Assembly: GCA_037481715.1 (NCBI GenBank)
Contig: JBBFLD010000009.1
Location: 36,909-100,908 of the forward strand
DNA length: 64,000 bases
DNA from: Melioribacteraceae bacterium
Lineage (GTDB): Bacteria > Bacteroidota > Ignavibacteria > Ignavibacteriales > Melioribacteraceae
Direction of reading: 5' to 3'
The position numbers and the translations under genes are program-made. Position 1 is the first letter of the stretch, and every line of letters begins with the position of its first letter. Below, piece after piece: positions 48,044-57,643 of this stretch. Below the pieces are notes generated by a model. The model worked only from the letters and a program-made list of their open reading frames with translations, was not told the DNA's origin and ran no database searches.

Positions 48044-49774
48044 ATGAAGAAAGTCTATTTTATATTATTTCTGTTAGCTTCTTTTTCATTCCTCTATGCT
48101 CAAAGTGCAATTTCTAATTATGTTGAAGAATTCCGTGGTGACACCGCAGTAGTAAAAGAGGGCATGTTATACGAAGCAATTACATATGATACTCTTAATG
48201 TTCCAGCAGGTCGTGTTTATCTATTAAAGAAAGCATCAACTTATGCTCTTGGTTCTAATCCAACATCAAAAGCAGGACGTCATACTATTATTGTAGGGGA
48301 GAATAGAACTCCTATTTATCAAAATACCAAGACTGATGATATGTTCCCTGTAATTTGTGGTTTAGGTGGAAACAGTGGTGGTATCAACTATGGTGGCGAC
48401 TTAACTGTTAAAAATGTTATTGCAGTTCCAGCCTCTGCAGAAGGAACTTTGGGTTGGGTATTTTTCTGGGGTTCTGCTCCAAATAGCAGAGTTACCTTAG
48501 AGAACAGTATTTTTGAAAAAACTCGATGGGTTATTGTAGCTTCAAATGCAGTAGCTGGTACAAGATTGTTCATTAGAGACTGCTATTTTGTAAATCTCAG
48601 TGGTCAGGCATGCAGACGTAATGGTGGTGTTTATGATAATGTTGATAATCCAACAGATACTATCTGGGTAGAAAACAGCACTCATGTTATGGCTCAAGGA
48701 ATGATGTATAAATTCCGTAACTATCCTATCAAGAAGTTAATGTTTAATCATAATACATTTGTTAACTGTGCTGGTATTATTTTCGAAACAAATGGTTATC
48801 AAAGTGATTGGACTGTAACAAATAATATTTTCGTTAATAGCAATGTTCAACCTTTTACTTTTATTGCAGAAGACTATCCTGAAGTCGACCCTGATACCTT
48901 AGCTCATGGATTAATCAACGTAAGAGATTTGCCGCCAGATTACGAACAAGTTCCACGCAAAGTTCTTGTTGACAGAAATTTAGTATACTGGGATCCAAAA
49001 CTTAGCAACCTTGCTTCTGAAATGATAGCAGAAAATATCAATAGCACAAATAAATGGTTCAACCAAACCATTAAAATGAATTCCCGTACAAAAGCAATGT
49101 TCGATGATAATTCTAAATATCCTTATCTAACCGAAGGAACCTGGTATGAAAAATTGCCTAATTTTGTAAAACCGCTGGATTTATTAACTGACCAGGTTGA
49201 TATCCTTAAAACATTTGCAAAAGAAACAATGGATTTAAGCAAGTCAGCTCTTTTACCTGAATGGAGAAAAGTACTGGTTGGACAGGATTATTATGTTTAT
49301 CCAGATTTTCCAGTACCTATAAATCTTGCTTATACAGATAGTGACTTATTAACAGCTGGTTTGAATGGCTTCCCACTTGGAGATCTAAACTGGTTCCCAG
49401 AAAAGAAAGCTCAGTGGCTTAAACAAAGAAATGCAGAATATGCAGCTCTTCAACAGGCACTGGATAGTGGAAAATTACCAGTTGGAGTAGAAGAAACAGA
49501 ACCATTGCCAACTTCATTCGAAGTAAAACAAAACTATCCTAACCCATTCAATCCAAAGACTACAATTACATTTTCAATACCAAAAGCTGGAAATGTAGTT
49601 GTTAAAGTATTTAACATTCTTGGACAGGAAGTTGCTACAATCTTTAATGGCACCTTACCAGCTCAAACACATCATATTGATTTTGATGCTTCTAATTTGA
49701 CAAGCGGTGTTTATATCTATTCTGTACAATATGATGGACTTACTATTTCCAAGAAAATGGTATTATTGAAGTAA
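48044..49774 (+). CDS. Secreted parallel beta-helix-like protein with a T9SS C-terminal sorting domain; function unknown
   Basis: Signal peptide. Repeated beta-helix-like rungs (VKNVIAV, LENSIFE, IRDCYFVN, VENSTHV, FNHNTFVNC, VTNNIFVNS). C-terminal Por tail (QNYPNPFNPKTTITF...GVYIYSV...KKMVLLK). Confidence 0.6.
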   Translation: MKKVYFILFLLASFSFLYAQSAISNYVEEFRGDTAVVKEGMLYEAITYDTLNVPAGRVYLLKKASTYALGSNPTSKAGRHTIIVGENRTPIYQNTKTDDMFPVICGLGGNSGGINYGGDLTVKNVIAVPASAEGTLGWVFFWGSAPNSRVTLENSIFEKTRWVIVASNAVAGTRLFIRDCYFVNLSGQACRRNGGVYDNVDNPTDTIWVENSTHVMAQGMMYKFRNYPIKKLMFNHNTFVNCAGIIFETNGYQSDWTVTNNIFVNSNVQPFTFIAEDYPEVDPDTLAHGLINVRDLPPDYEQVPRKVLVDRNLVYWDPKLSNLASEMIAENINSTNKWFNQTIKMNSRTKAMFDDNSKYPYLTEGTWYEKLPNFVKPLDLLTDQVDILKTFAKETMDLSKSALLPEWRKVLVGQDYYVYPDFPVPINLAYTDSDLLTAGLNGFPLGDLNWFPEKKAQWLKQRNAEYAALQQALDSGKLPVGVEETEPLPTSFEVKQNYPNPFNPKTTITFSIPKAGNVVVKVFNILGQEVATIFNGTLPAQTHHIDFDASNLTSGVYIYSVQYDGLTISKKMVLLK

Positions 49775-49800
49775 TTAAATCACTTTTTTAGTAAGTCACA

Positions 49801-49850
49801 GGGGGCAACCAACTTTGGTTAACCAAAATTTGGTTGCCTCCATTTTCTTT
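49801..49850 (+). terminator. Rho-independent terminator
   Basis: 12-bp stem GGGGGCAACCAA / TTGGTTGCCTCC with one G-U wobble that is valid only on the plus strand. The loop contains the palindrome TTGGTTAACCAA. Followed by TTTTCTTT. Confidence 0.6.
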
Positions 49851-49870
49851 AAAATAATTCTGTTAATAAA

Positions 49871-51622
49871 ATGAAAACAAATTTATTGCTAATTAGAGAA
49901 AGTTGGTTTATCAAGTTCGTTCTTTTTTATTTTTTAACATCGCTTCTAATTCAAGCTCAATCAAAAATACATAATACTGTTCTTGCTGAAATTGATAATT
50001 CCTATCAGGTTAGATTTGCAGATGTTCAAAATTATTTTAATGAATATCATTTTGTATACTTATATCGTCCTGCAGGAAAAGGTTACAAAGCAGCTCTCGA
50101 ACAGATTGTAACTAAACGATTAAAAGTGATTGATTTTTTTAATAAAAATCTTGATAAGAAAAAACTTTCTTTTGACTTTCGTAGAAGATATGCTGATGAG
50201 CTTGTCAATGAATATTACAAAACAAAGTATTACAACAAATATATAAACGATTCAACTATTATTAATGAATATAGAAAGGTAAATAAAAAAGTTTTCTATC
50301 AACAGATTGTTTTAAAAAAAGATAGCACCTCACAACATGCTCTGGATTCTTTAAATGCTTTAGCTGATTCTATAAAATCTTTGTTTCTAAGTGGTAATGA
50401 TGATAAGATATATTCATTAATTGGTGATACATCCTCATTCAAAACTGTTCTATCTTTGAGTTGGGAACAGAGCTATACTGATAATCTTAAATTTCTCATT
50501 TTTAATTTTCCTGAAAATTCAGCTTATATACTGGAAGATGAAAATGCTCTTTATGTTATTAAAGTAAATGATGTAGTTTATGATGAATCTGAACCATTAC
50601 AAGATATTAAAGATAAAATTGTAAAGAAATTAGAATTATATTACGCTTCAAAAGCTGTTGCGGAATTTCAGTTAGAACTACAAAGGCTTGTAGATGAAAA
50701 ATCTATCCAATGGAATTTAGAAGGATTATCTAGAATAGTTGAATGGAGTAAAGTTCCCAAATTTTACGAACAAACATATATAGATACTATTCAAAAAGTT
50801 ATTAATTTAGGGAAAAATTTTCTCATTGCTCAACTACCTGAGCAAACAGTAGATCTCAAGAAGTTTTTTTATTTACTTAATGAAGTATTAATGATAAGAA
50901 AACAAAATGATATAACAGAAAATGATATTAAGTCATACATTAGAGAAGCTCTTTCGATGGACATAATTGTGAATAAATGCAAGTCATTAGGAATTGACAA
51001 AAATATTTTTAATCCATTAACTCAAAACTTAGTTCTTGTTGATGAAATTGTGAAATTATATAATGAAGCAATTATTGAAAGTCAAATCCCGGAAAAAACT
51101 GAAAAATCATTAAAACAATTCTACGAAAACAATAAAGATTCTTTATACTATCAACTAGCACAATCAAATATATACATAGCACTTGCCCCTGATACAAATA
51201 AAATAAATGAATTTAAGAAAAAGTTAGCTGAAGGAATACCATTTGAAAAAATTAATAATCGAATTTTAGTAAGAAGAATTTTTAGGGAAAGAAACGGAAA
51301 TATTAAACTAGAGCAATCAGATGTAAGTGAAGAAATTGGAAAAGCAGCATTAAATCTAAATTTAGGTGAAGTTGCAGGTCCTTTTGAATTCTATGACAAA
51401 GAACGGGGCAAAATGTATGCTCTTATAAAATGCGTTTTTAAAAATGAAGAAAAACAATTAACGTATGATGAAGTTAAAAGTAAAATAGAAAATGATTTTA
51501 AAAATTATCACAGAGAAAGAATTGAGAAGAAGGTTCTAAAAGAATTAGAAAAACTTTATAATACAAAAATTTATTACGATAGATTGGATGGATGTCTCTC
51601 AGAATTAAAAATACTCAGATAA
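49871..51622 (+). CDS. SurA/PpiD-like periplasmic chaperone with degenerate parvulin domains (paralog 1)
   Basis: Signal/anchor sequence, a SurA-N-like helical region, and parvulin-like segments ending in ..YVIKVNDV and ..YALIKCV. Collinear similarity throughout to the ORF at 53210. Confidence 0.55.
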   Translation: MKTNLLLIRESWFIKFVLFYFLTSLLIQAQSKIHNTVLAEIDNSYQVRFADVQNYFNEYHFVYLYRPAGKGYKAALEQIVTKRLKVIDFFNKNLDKKKLSFDFRRRYADELVNEYYKTKYYNKYINDSTIINEYRKVNKKVFYQQIVLKKDSTSQHALDSLNALADSIKSLFLSGNDDKIYSLIGDTSSFKTVLSLSWEQSYTDNLKFLIFNFPENSAYILEDENALYVIKVNDVVYDESEPLQDIKDKIVKKLELYYASKAVAEFQLELQRLVDEKSIQWNLEGLSRIVEWSKVPKFYEQTYIDTIQKVINLGKNFLIAQLPEQTVDLKKFFYLLNEVLMIRKQNDITENDIKSYIREALSMDIIVNKCKSLGIDKNIFNPLTQNLVLVDEIVKLYNEAIIESQIPEKTEKSLKQFYENNKDSLYYQLAQSNIYIALAPDTNKINEFKKKLAEGIPFEKINNRILVRRIFRERNGNIKLEQSDVSEEIGKAALNLNLGEVAGPFEFYDKERGKMYALIKCVFKNEEKQLTYDEVKSKIENDFKNYHRERIEKKVLKELEKLYNTKIYYDRLDGCLSELKILR

Positions 51623-51677
51623 AATTTTACTGTGATTTTTCTATCATAAAAATTACTGGCTTTTAACGAGTGTTAAA

Positions 51678-53204
51678 ATGAAGAAAATAATCTTATCAGT
51701 TTTTTTTATAGCAATAGTGTTTTATGATATTCATGCACAGGAATTACCATTATCTTATGATGTAGAAAACACTGGCAAAAATTGTTTGCCTCCGCCCTTG
51801 CCTTCATTTAATGAATTGCCAGTGATTAAATCATTGCCAGACCCATTTATGTGGTCTGATAGCACAAAAGGCAGAATTAAAAGTTTTGAAGATTGGCGCT
51901 GCAGACGTGCAGAAATTGGCGCAGAAATTCAATATTATGAAACAGGTATTAAACCAGCTCCTCCTGATACTTTATTAGCCGATTTTACTGCAGACAGCAC
52001 TTTAATTGTTACAATAATTCAGAATGGTGATACACTTGTTTTAACTTCTAAAATAACTTTTCCAAAAGGAGATGGTCCGTTTCCTGCGGTAATTGGAATT
52101 GGATTCGGCACAGGAAGTTTGCCTGCTGATATTTTTACAACTCGAGGAATTGCTACAATTCAATATAGATTCTGGGAATTAGCTCCATGGGGCTTTGATG
52201 TTAAAAGAGGAACAGGAGGGTTTTATAAACTTTTTCCTGACCCTAAAGTTGGGTTCTTTACTGCATGGGCTTGGGGTGTAAGCAGAATTATTGATGGATT
52301 AGAAAAAACTCTGGCTTCCAAAATAAATTTGAGAAGATTGGCAATCACAGGCTGTTCATTTGCAGGTAAAATAGCTCTTTTCTCATCAGCATTTGATGAA
52401 CGGATTGCTTTAACAATTGCACAGGAGCCTGGAGGCGGTGGCGATGCTGCTTGGCGTGTTACAGAAACTTTGAGCGGAAGCAGAGAAACTCTTCGTAATG
52501 CTCAAGGTGCACCATGGTATCATCAAGACTTACGTCAATTCAATAATGCAGTTAATAAATTGCCCTTTGATCATCATGAGCTTATGGCTATGATTGCACC
52601 AAGAGCTTTATTTGTTCTCGGAAATCCTGATTATGAATGGCTTGCTGAAGAATCAGGACATGTGGGATGTAAAGCAGCTTATGAAGTATGGAAAGCACTT
52701 GGTGTTCCAGATAGATTTGGGTTCTCTATATTAGGGGGTCATAATCATTGTCAATTGCCAGATGTTCAAAAACCAGAAGTTGTTGCCTTTGTTGAAAAAT
52801 TTTTGCTCGATAAAAAAGAAATTAATACAAACATTCAGCGAAGTCCCTATAATCCTGATTTAACAAAATGGATTACATGGTCTACTCCGCAGCTTTCTTT
52901 TAATCCACCAACTTCTGTAAATGAAATTATTGGAGTTGTTGATAAATTTGAACTTTCACAAAATTATCCCAATCCATTTAATCCAAATACAAAAATTTCA
53001 TTTAGAATCCTTGAGAAAACAAATGTAACATTGAAAGTTTATGATGTGCTTGGACAAACAATCGATACTTTAATAGATGAAGAAAAAAATCCAGGTGAAT
53101 ATACAATTCTTTATACTCCGCCTTCAATTTCATCAGGAACTTTATTCTATCAGCTTCAAACAGACCACGGTATCATTAGCAAAAAAATGATTTATATGAA
53201 ATAA
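51678..53204 (+). CDS. Glucuronoyl esterase (carbohydrate esterase family 15) with a T9SS C-terminal domain
   Basis: CE15 nucleophile motif GCSxxGK (ITGCSFAGK). Also EPGGGGDAAWR and the catalytic-His region GGHNHCQLP. C-terminal NYPNPFNPNTKISF tail. Confidence 0.75.
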   Translation: MKKIILSVFFIAIVFYDIHAQELPLSYDVENTGKNCLPPPLPSFNELPVIKSLPDPFMWSDSTKGRIKSFEDWRCRRAEIGAEIQYYETGIKPAPPDTLLADFTADSTLIVTIIQNGDTLVLTSKITFPKGDGPFPAVIGIGFGTGSLPADIFTTRGIATIQYRFWELAPWGFDVKRGTGGFYKLFPDPKVGFFTAWAWGVSRIIDGLEKTLASKINLRRLAITGCSFAGKIALFSSAFDERIALTIAQEPGGGGDAAWRVTETLSGSRETLRNAQGAPWYHQDLRQFNNAVNKLPFDHHELMAMIAPRALFVLGNPDYEWLAEESGHVGCKAAYEVWKALGVPDRFGFSILGGHNHCQLPDVQKPEVVAFVEKFLLDKKEINTNIQRSPYNPDLTKWITWSTPQLSFNPPTSVNEIIGVVDKFELSQNYPNPFNPNTKISFRILEKTNVTLKVYDVLGQTIDTLIDEEKNPGEYTILYTPPSISSGTLFYQLQTDHGIISKKMIYMK

Positions 53205-53209
53205 AATTC

Positions 53210-54983
53210 ATGAGAATCCTTATGAATAAATCTAATTTTTTAAGAAGTGTCGAAATATTAGTTGTAATATTCTTTTTATCACTAAAATTAAATGCTCAAG
53301 TAAAAGATACAAGCAGCATTGTGGCAAAAGTTGGAGAAAATTTTACAATCACTTTTTCAGACCTTCATAATTATGTTCTTGAAAATTTCTATAATAAAAT
53401 TTTCTTGAATGAAAAATCGAAAGGTTATATTCCTGCACTCAATCGCATTATTAACAACCGATTAAAAGTATTTGATTTTTTTGATAGAAATCTTCATAAA
53501 GATAAAAAACTTATAAAGAATATTAATCGTGCAATTAATGAAGAATTATATAATGAATATTACGAACTAAAATATGCAAATAAGTATGTTACAGATTCTG
53601 CTGTTAAGAAAGTTTATGGCATGATGGATAGAATAGTTAATTACAGGACTATACTTCTTAATAAAACTTACAATATGCCGCAGCCATTAATTGATTCTTT
53701 AAGAAATTTAGCTTATATGCTGAAAAAGAAAATTGAAGAAGGTGAAGATTTTGGAAAACTTGCAGCAACATATTCTGATGATGAACTATCAAGCAAAAAC
53801 AACGGCATTGCAGCTCCAATAGACTGGAAAACAAGTTTGATGTCGGAAATTAATAATATTGTTTTTCTTCTGCCCGAAGGTTCAGTCCGCATAATTGAAA
53901 CACCGCAAGCATTTTACATAATTAAAATTGATGAAGTAAAAAAAGTAGAAGTTGAACCAATCGAAAGAGTAGAAAATGAAATACGCGCTGCTTTAAGAGA
54001 TGCTTTTTCGTATATGAGCATTAAAGATTTTGAAGAAGAACAAAAAAAATTAATTGATGAAGACAAAATTAAATGGAACGAATCTGCAGTCGAAAAAATT
54101 GTTGCGTGGTCTAAAACTCCCCACTTTTACGAGGGTGCATACAAGGATACAATTAATTTTGCAATATCTAACAAGAAGAATCTTACAATATTAACTGCTC
54201 CTAAATACAAAGTTGATTTGAAAAAGTTTTTACAAATCTTAGATGATGTTTTAATAATGGGACGCTCGTCAATTATAAAAGAACAGGATGTGAAAAATTT
54301 TATTATAGAAGCATTAAAAATAGAAGCTGTTGCTGAAAAAGCTCGTCAACTTGGACTTGAAAAAATAGTTTTGAATCCATACATGAAAAGTAATTTTATG
54401 GTAAATGAAATTGTAAAACTTTATGATAAAGAAGTAATTGATAAACAAGTTCCAGAACCAGATGAGAATGCATTGAAAAAATTTTATGAAAGCAATAAAG
54501 ATTCTCTTTATTATCAATTAGCAAAAGTTAATATCTATCTTGTTGTTGCAAATGATACTTTGTCAATAAATAGAATGAAAGAAGATTATAAAAATGGTGT
54601 GCCTTTTGAAAAGTTAGATAAAATAGTTTTTGTTAAAAGATTTATTCGTAAAAAAACAGGTGAAATAATTTCTGATAATTCAAATGAGAAACCTATACTT
54701 GGCAAAATTGCATTTAACATGAATCAGGATGAAATAATTGGTCCAATCGAATATCAAGAAAAATGAAAAAAAGTATGCATTGATTAAATGCGTCTACAAA
54801 AGAGATGAAAAACAATTAACCTATGATGATGTGAAAGATAAAATCAAAAACGACTTTATAAATTATCATAAGGAACAAAAATCTGAAGAATTAATTAAGC
54901 AGTTGAAAGATAAATATGGTGTAAAAATTTATGATAATATTTTGAAAGAAAAATTATTATCGCTGGGTATAGTATTAAATTAA
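53210..54983 (+). pseudogene. SurA/PpiD-like chaperone paralog 2, interrupted by a +1 frameshift at an A-run
   Basis: ORFs 53210-54766 and 54738-54983 together are collinear with paralog 1 (GPIEYQEK* / ..KKYALIKCVYKRDEKQLTYDDVK against GPFEFYDKERGKMYALIKCVFKNEEKQLTYDEVK). The break falls in caAGAAAAATGAAAAAAAg (54755-54773). The parvulin segment is better conserved than in paralog 1 (DFGKLAATYSDDELSSKNNG...FYIIKIDEV). Confidence 0.55.
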
Positions 54984-55005
54984 TTTTATAAATGAAAAAC
55001 TAAAT

Positions 55006-57585
55006 TTGAAAACAAATTCTCAAAAGGTGGCAAACATGAAAAACGCTAATGTTAAATTTTTCTATTATGCTGCATTAACATTTATTCTAATTGTTATGCT
55101 TTCGTCAAAATTATTTTCACAAAAGTTGACCCTTAACGATTTGGACTATTTTGAATCAAGAGGTTTTGATGTTTTCGTTTTCAATAATCAATATACAGGA
55201 TTTTTCTTTGATGAGAAAACTGCAGGAATTGAATTTATCCATCATGGTATCCGCACAGCTACAGGAGGCGGAGTTAGATTAAGACATACACCGGAACAAT
55301 GGGATTTAGTTCCTATGGTTCAGGAAAGAAAGGTTGACAAGAAAAATAACAGCATTGAAGTTACTCTAAGATATAAAGATTATAATTTTGACTCGAAAAT
55401 TTTAGTTAAAGGAACAAATGATGGATTAAACATTTGTGTTTTTCTTGATAAACCTCTTCCAAAAGAACTTGAAGGTCATGCAGGATTTAATCTTGAATTT
55501 CTCCCTTCCGCTTATTTTGAAAAAACTTATATGATTGATAATAGAACTGGAATCTTTCCTTTATATCCATCTGGACCAGTAGAAGTAAAACCTTTAACTG
55601 AAAAAATTCCACAGTTTGGAGGACATAGTACTTTTGATGACAGAGGCAGAAATGAATTTGTTGAGCCATTGCCAATTGCTGAAGGTTCTGTAATTGTTCT
55701 TGCACCAGAAGACCCAGAACGTCGAATCCAAATTAACTCGTTGCTTGGCAATTTAATGTTGTTTGATGGACGAAACATTGCTCAAAATGGTTGGTTTGTT
55801 GTAAGAAGTTTAATTCCATCTAATACAAAAGGCAAAGTAATTGAATGGAACATAAAAGCATCTACAATTAAAAACTGGATTCGTATACCAAACATAACTT
55901 ATTCTCAAGTTGGATATCATCCTTCTCAAAAAAAATATGCAGTAATAGAACTTGATAAGAATGATAAATTTTTGAAATCTGCTACACTTTATAAACTATT
56001 GCCATCAGGACAATTAGTTGAGATACTTAATAAATCTATAAAGCAGTGGGGCAAGTTCCTTCGTTATCAATATGGAATATTTGATTTTAGTAACATTCGT
56101 GATACTGGTTTATATGTTATAAAATATGGTAACCAGCTTACAAAACCATTTTCGATTAATCCTAGAGTTTACAAAGATGTTTGGTATTTAACACTTGGTC
56201 AATTTTTCCCTGTGCAAATGGACCACATGTTTGTTAACGAAGCTTATCGAGTTTGGCATGGACTGCCTTATCAGGATGATGCACTTCAAGCTCCTATAAA
56301 TCATATTCATTTTGACCTTTACAATATGGATTCAACTACATACACAAAATATAAACCATTTGAAAGAATTCCGGGTATGGCGGTTGGCGGCTGGTTTGAT
56401 GCAGGAGATTTTGATATTGAAACCCGATCCCATTGCAGTGTTGTTCTTAGTCTTGTTGATACATGGGAATCTTTTAAGTTAACTTACGACCAAACTTTTA
56501 TTGATAAAAAAACGAAATATGTCGATATCCGAAGACCTGATGGTATTCCAGATTTATTGCAGCAAATAGAACATGGCGCTTTGCAATTAGTTGCACAACA
56601 AAAAAATGTTGGTCATGCTGTTAGAGGAATAATTGTGGGCAATTTGCATCAATATCATCATCTTGGCGATGCATCTACAATTACTGATAATTTACCTTAC
56701 AATCCTTCATTAAAACCTTATGAGAGAGATGAACATTCGAGCGGAACTATGGATGATAGATGGGTTTTCACAATCAGAATGCCCTGGTTGAATTATTATT
56801 CTGCGGCTTCTCTTGCAGCTGCTTATCGTGCTCTTAAAGATTATAACAAAGAACTTGCCGATGAAGCATTAAAATATGCAATCAAAGCATGGCAGTTCGA
56901 ACAATCTGATTCACTTCACAAATTTCAAAGACAGGATGAATTTTTCAGGCAGAATACAGATTTGCTTGCAGCTTTAGAATTATATAAATCAACAGGCGAT
57001 ACAACTTATAAAAATTATTTTATGAAAAAATTGTGGAAAAGCCTTAATGATACAACAATTGTATGGAATATGTCTGTTGCTGCAAGAGCACTTCAAAGCA
57101 TGGATGTTGACTTTAAGAATAAATTAATGCCTTTTGTAGAAAAATATAAAAGAACACTCGAAGCTTTGGATAGTGCAAATCCATATGGAGTTCCTCTTGA
57201 AACAAGAGGCTGGGGTGCAAATCATAATATTATTAATTGGGCAACAACTAATTACTTCTTATATAAATCTTATCCTGAATTAATTGACCGTGAATATGTT
57301 TTAAAAGGATTAAATTACATTTTTGGATGTCATCCATATTCAAATATTTCTTTTGTTTCTGGTGTAGGCGTTCATTCCAAAAAAATTGCTTATGGAAGTA
57401 ACAGAGCAGATTTCTCTTTTATAGCTGGAGGAGTTGTTCCGGGGTTATTGATTTTCAAGCCAGATTTTCCTGAAAATAAAGAAGATTGGCCCTTCTTCTG
57501 GGGAGAAAATGAATATACGATAAGCATAGCTGCTTCATATATTTTTCTGGCTAATGCTGTCAATGAAATTGTTAATTCAAATTAA
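55006..57585 (+). CDS. Glycoside hydrolase family 9-like endoglucanase with an N-terminal extension and Ig-like domain
   Basis: CelD_N-like segment (ITYSQVGYHPSQKKYAVIE). Catalytic DAGD motif (GGWFDAGDFDIE). C-terminal GENEYTISIAASYIFLANA resembles GH9 signature 2. TTG start; the alternative ATG is at 55036. No T9SS tail. Confidence 0.7.
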   Translation: MKTNSQKVANMKNANVKFFYYAALTFILIVMLSSKLFSQKLTLNDLDYFESRGFDVFVFNNQYTGFFFDEKTAGIEFIHHGIRTATGGGVRLRHTPEQWDLVPMVQERKVDKKNNSIEVTLRYKDYNFDSKILVKGTNDGLNICVFLDKPLPKELEGHAGFNLEFLPSAYFEKTYMIDNRTGIFPLYPSGPVEVKPLTEKIPQFGGHSTFDDRGRNEFVEPLPIAEGSVIVLAPEDPERRIQINSLLGNLMLFDGRNIAQNGWFVVRSLIPSNTKGKVIEWNIKASTIKNWIRIPNITYSQVGYHPSQKKYAVIELDKNDKFLKSATLYKLLPSGQLVEILNKSIKQWGKFLRYQYGIFDFSNIRDTGLYVIKYGNQLTKPFSINPRVYKDVWYLTLGQFFPVQMDHMFVNEAYRVWHGLPYQDDALQAPINHIHFDLYNMDSTTYTKYKPFERIPGMAVGGWFDAGDFDIETRSHCSVVLSLVDTWESFKLTYDQTFIDKKTKYVDIRRPDGIPDLLQQIEHGALQLVAQQKNVGHAVRGIIVGNLHQYHHLGDASTITDNLPYNPSLKPYERDEHSSGTMDDRWVFTIRMPWLNYYSAASLAAAYRALKDYNKELADEALKYAIKAWQFEQSDSLHKFQRQDEFFRQNTDLLAALELYKSTGDTTYKNYFMKKLWKSLNDTTIVWNMSVAARALQSMDVDFKNKLMPFVEKYKRTLEALDSANPYGVPLETRGWGANHNIINWATTNYFLYKSYPELIDREYVLKGLNYIFGCHPYSNISFVSGVGVHSKKIAYGSNRADFSFIAGGVVPGLLIFKPDFPENKEDWPFFWGENEYTISIAASYIFLANAVNEIVNSN

Positions 57586-57643
57586 TTATTTAATTTGCTT
57601 TTAATAACTTTGTATATTCTTAAATGATTGAGCGGGATTTATT

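Noticed and set aside
49813-49829. Nested TTGGTT/AACCAA repeats (palindrome TTGGTTAACCAA) as a separate regulatory or recombination site
   Set aside because: They lie within the loop of a strong strand-specific terminator hairpin followed by a T-tract. The terminator interpretation explains the structure.
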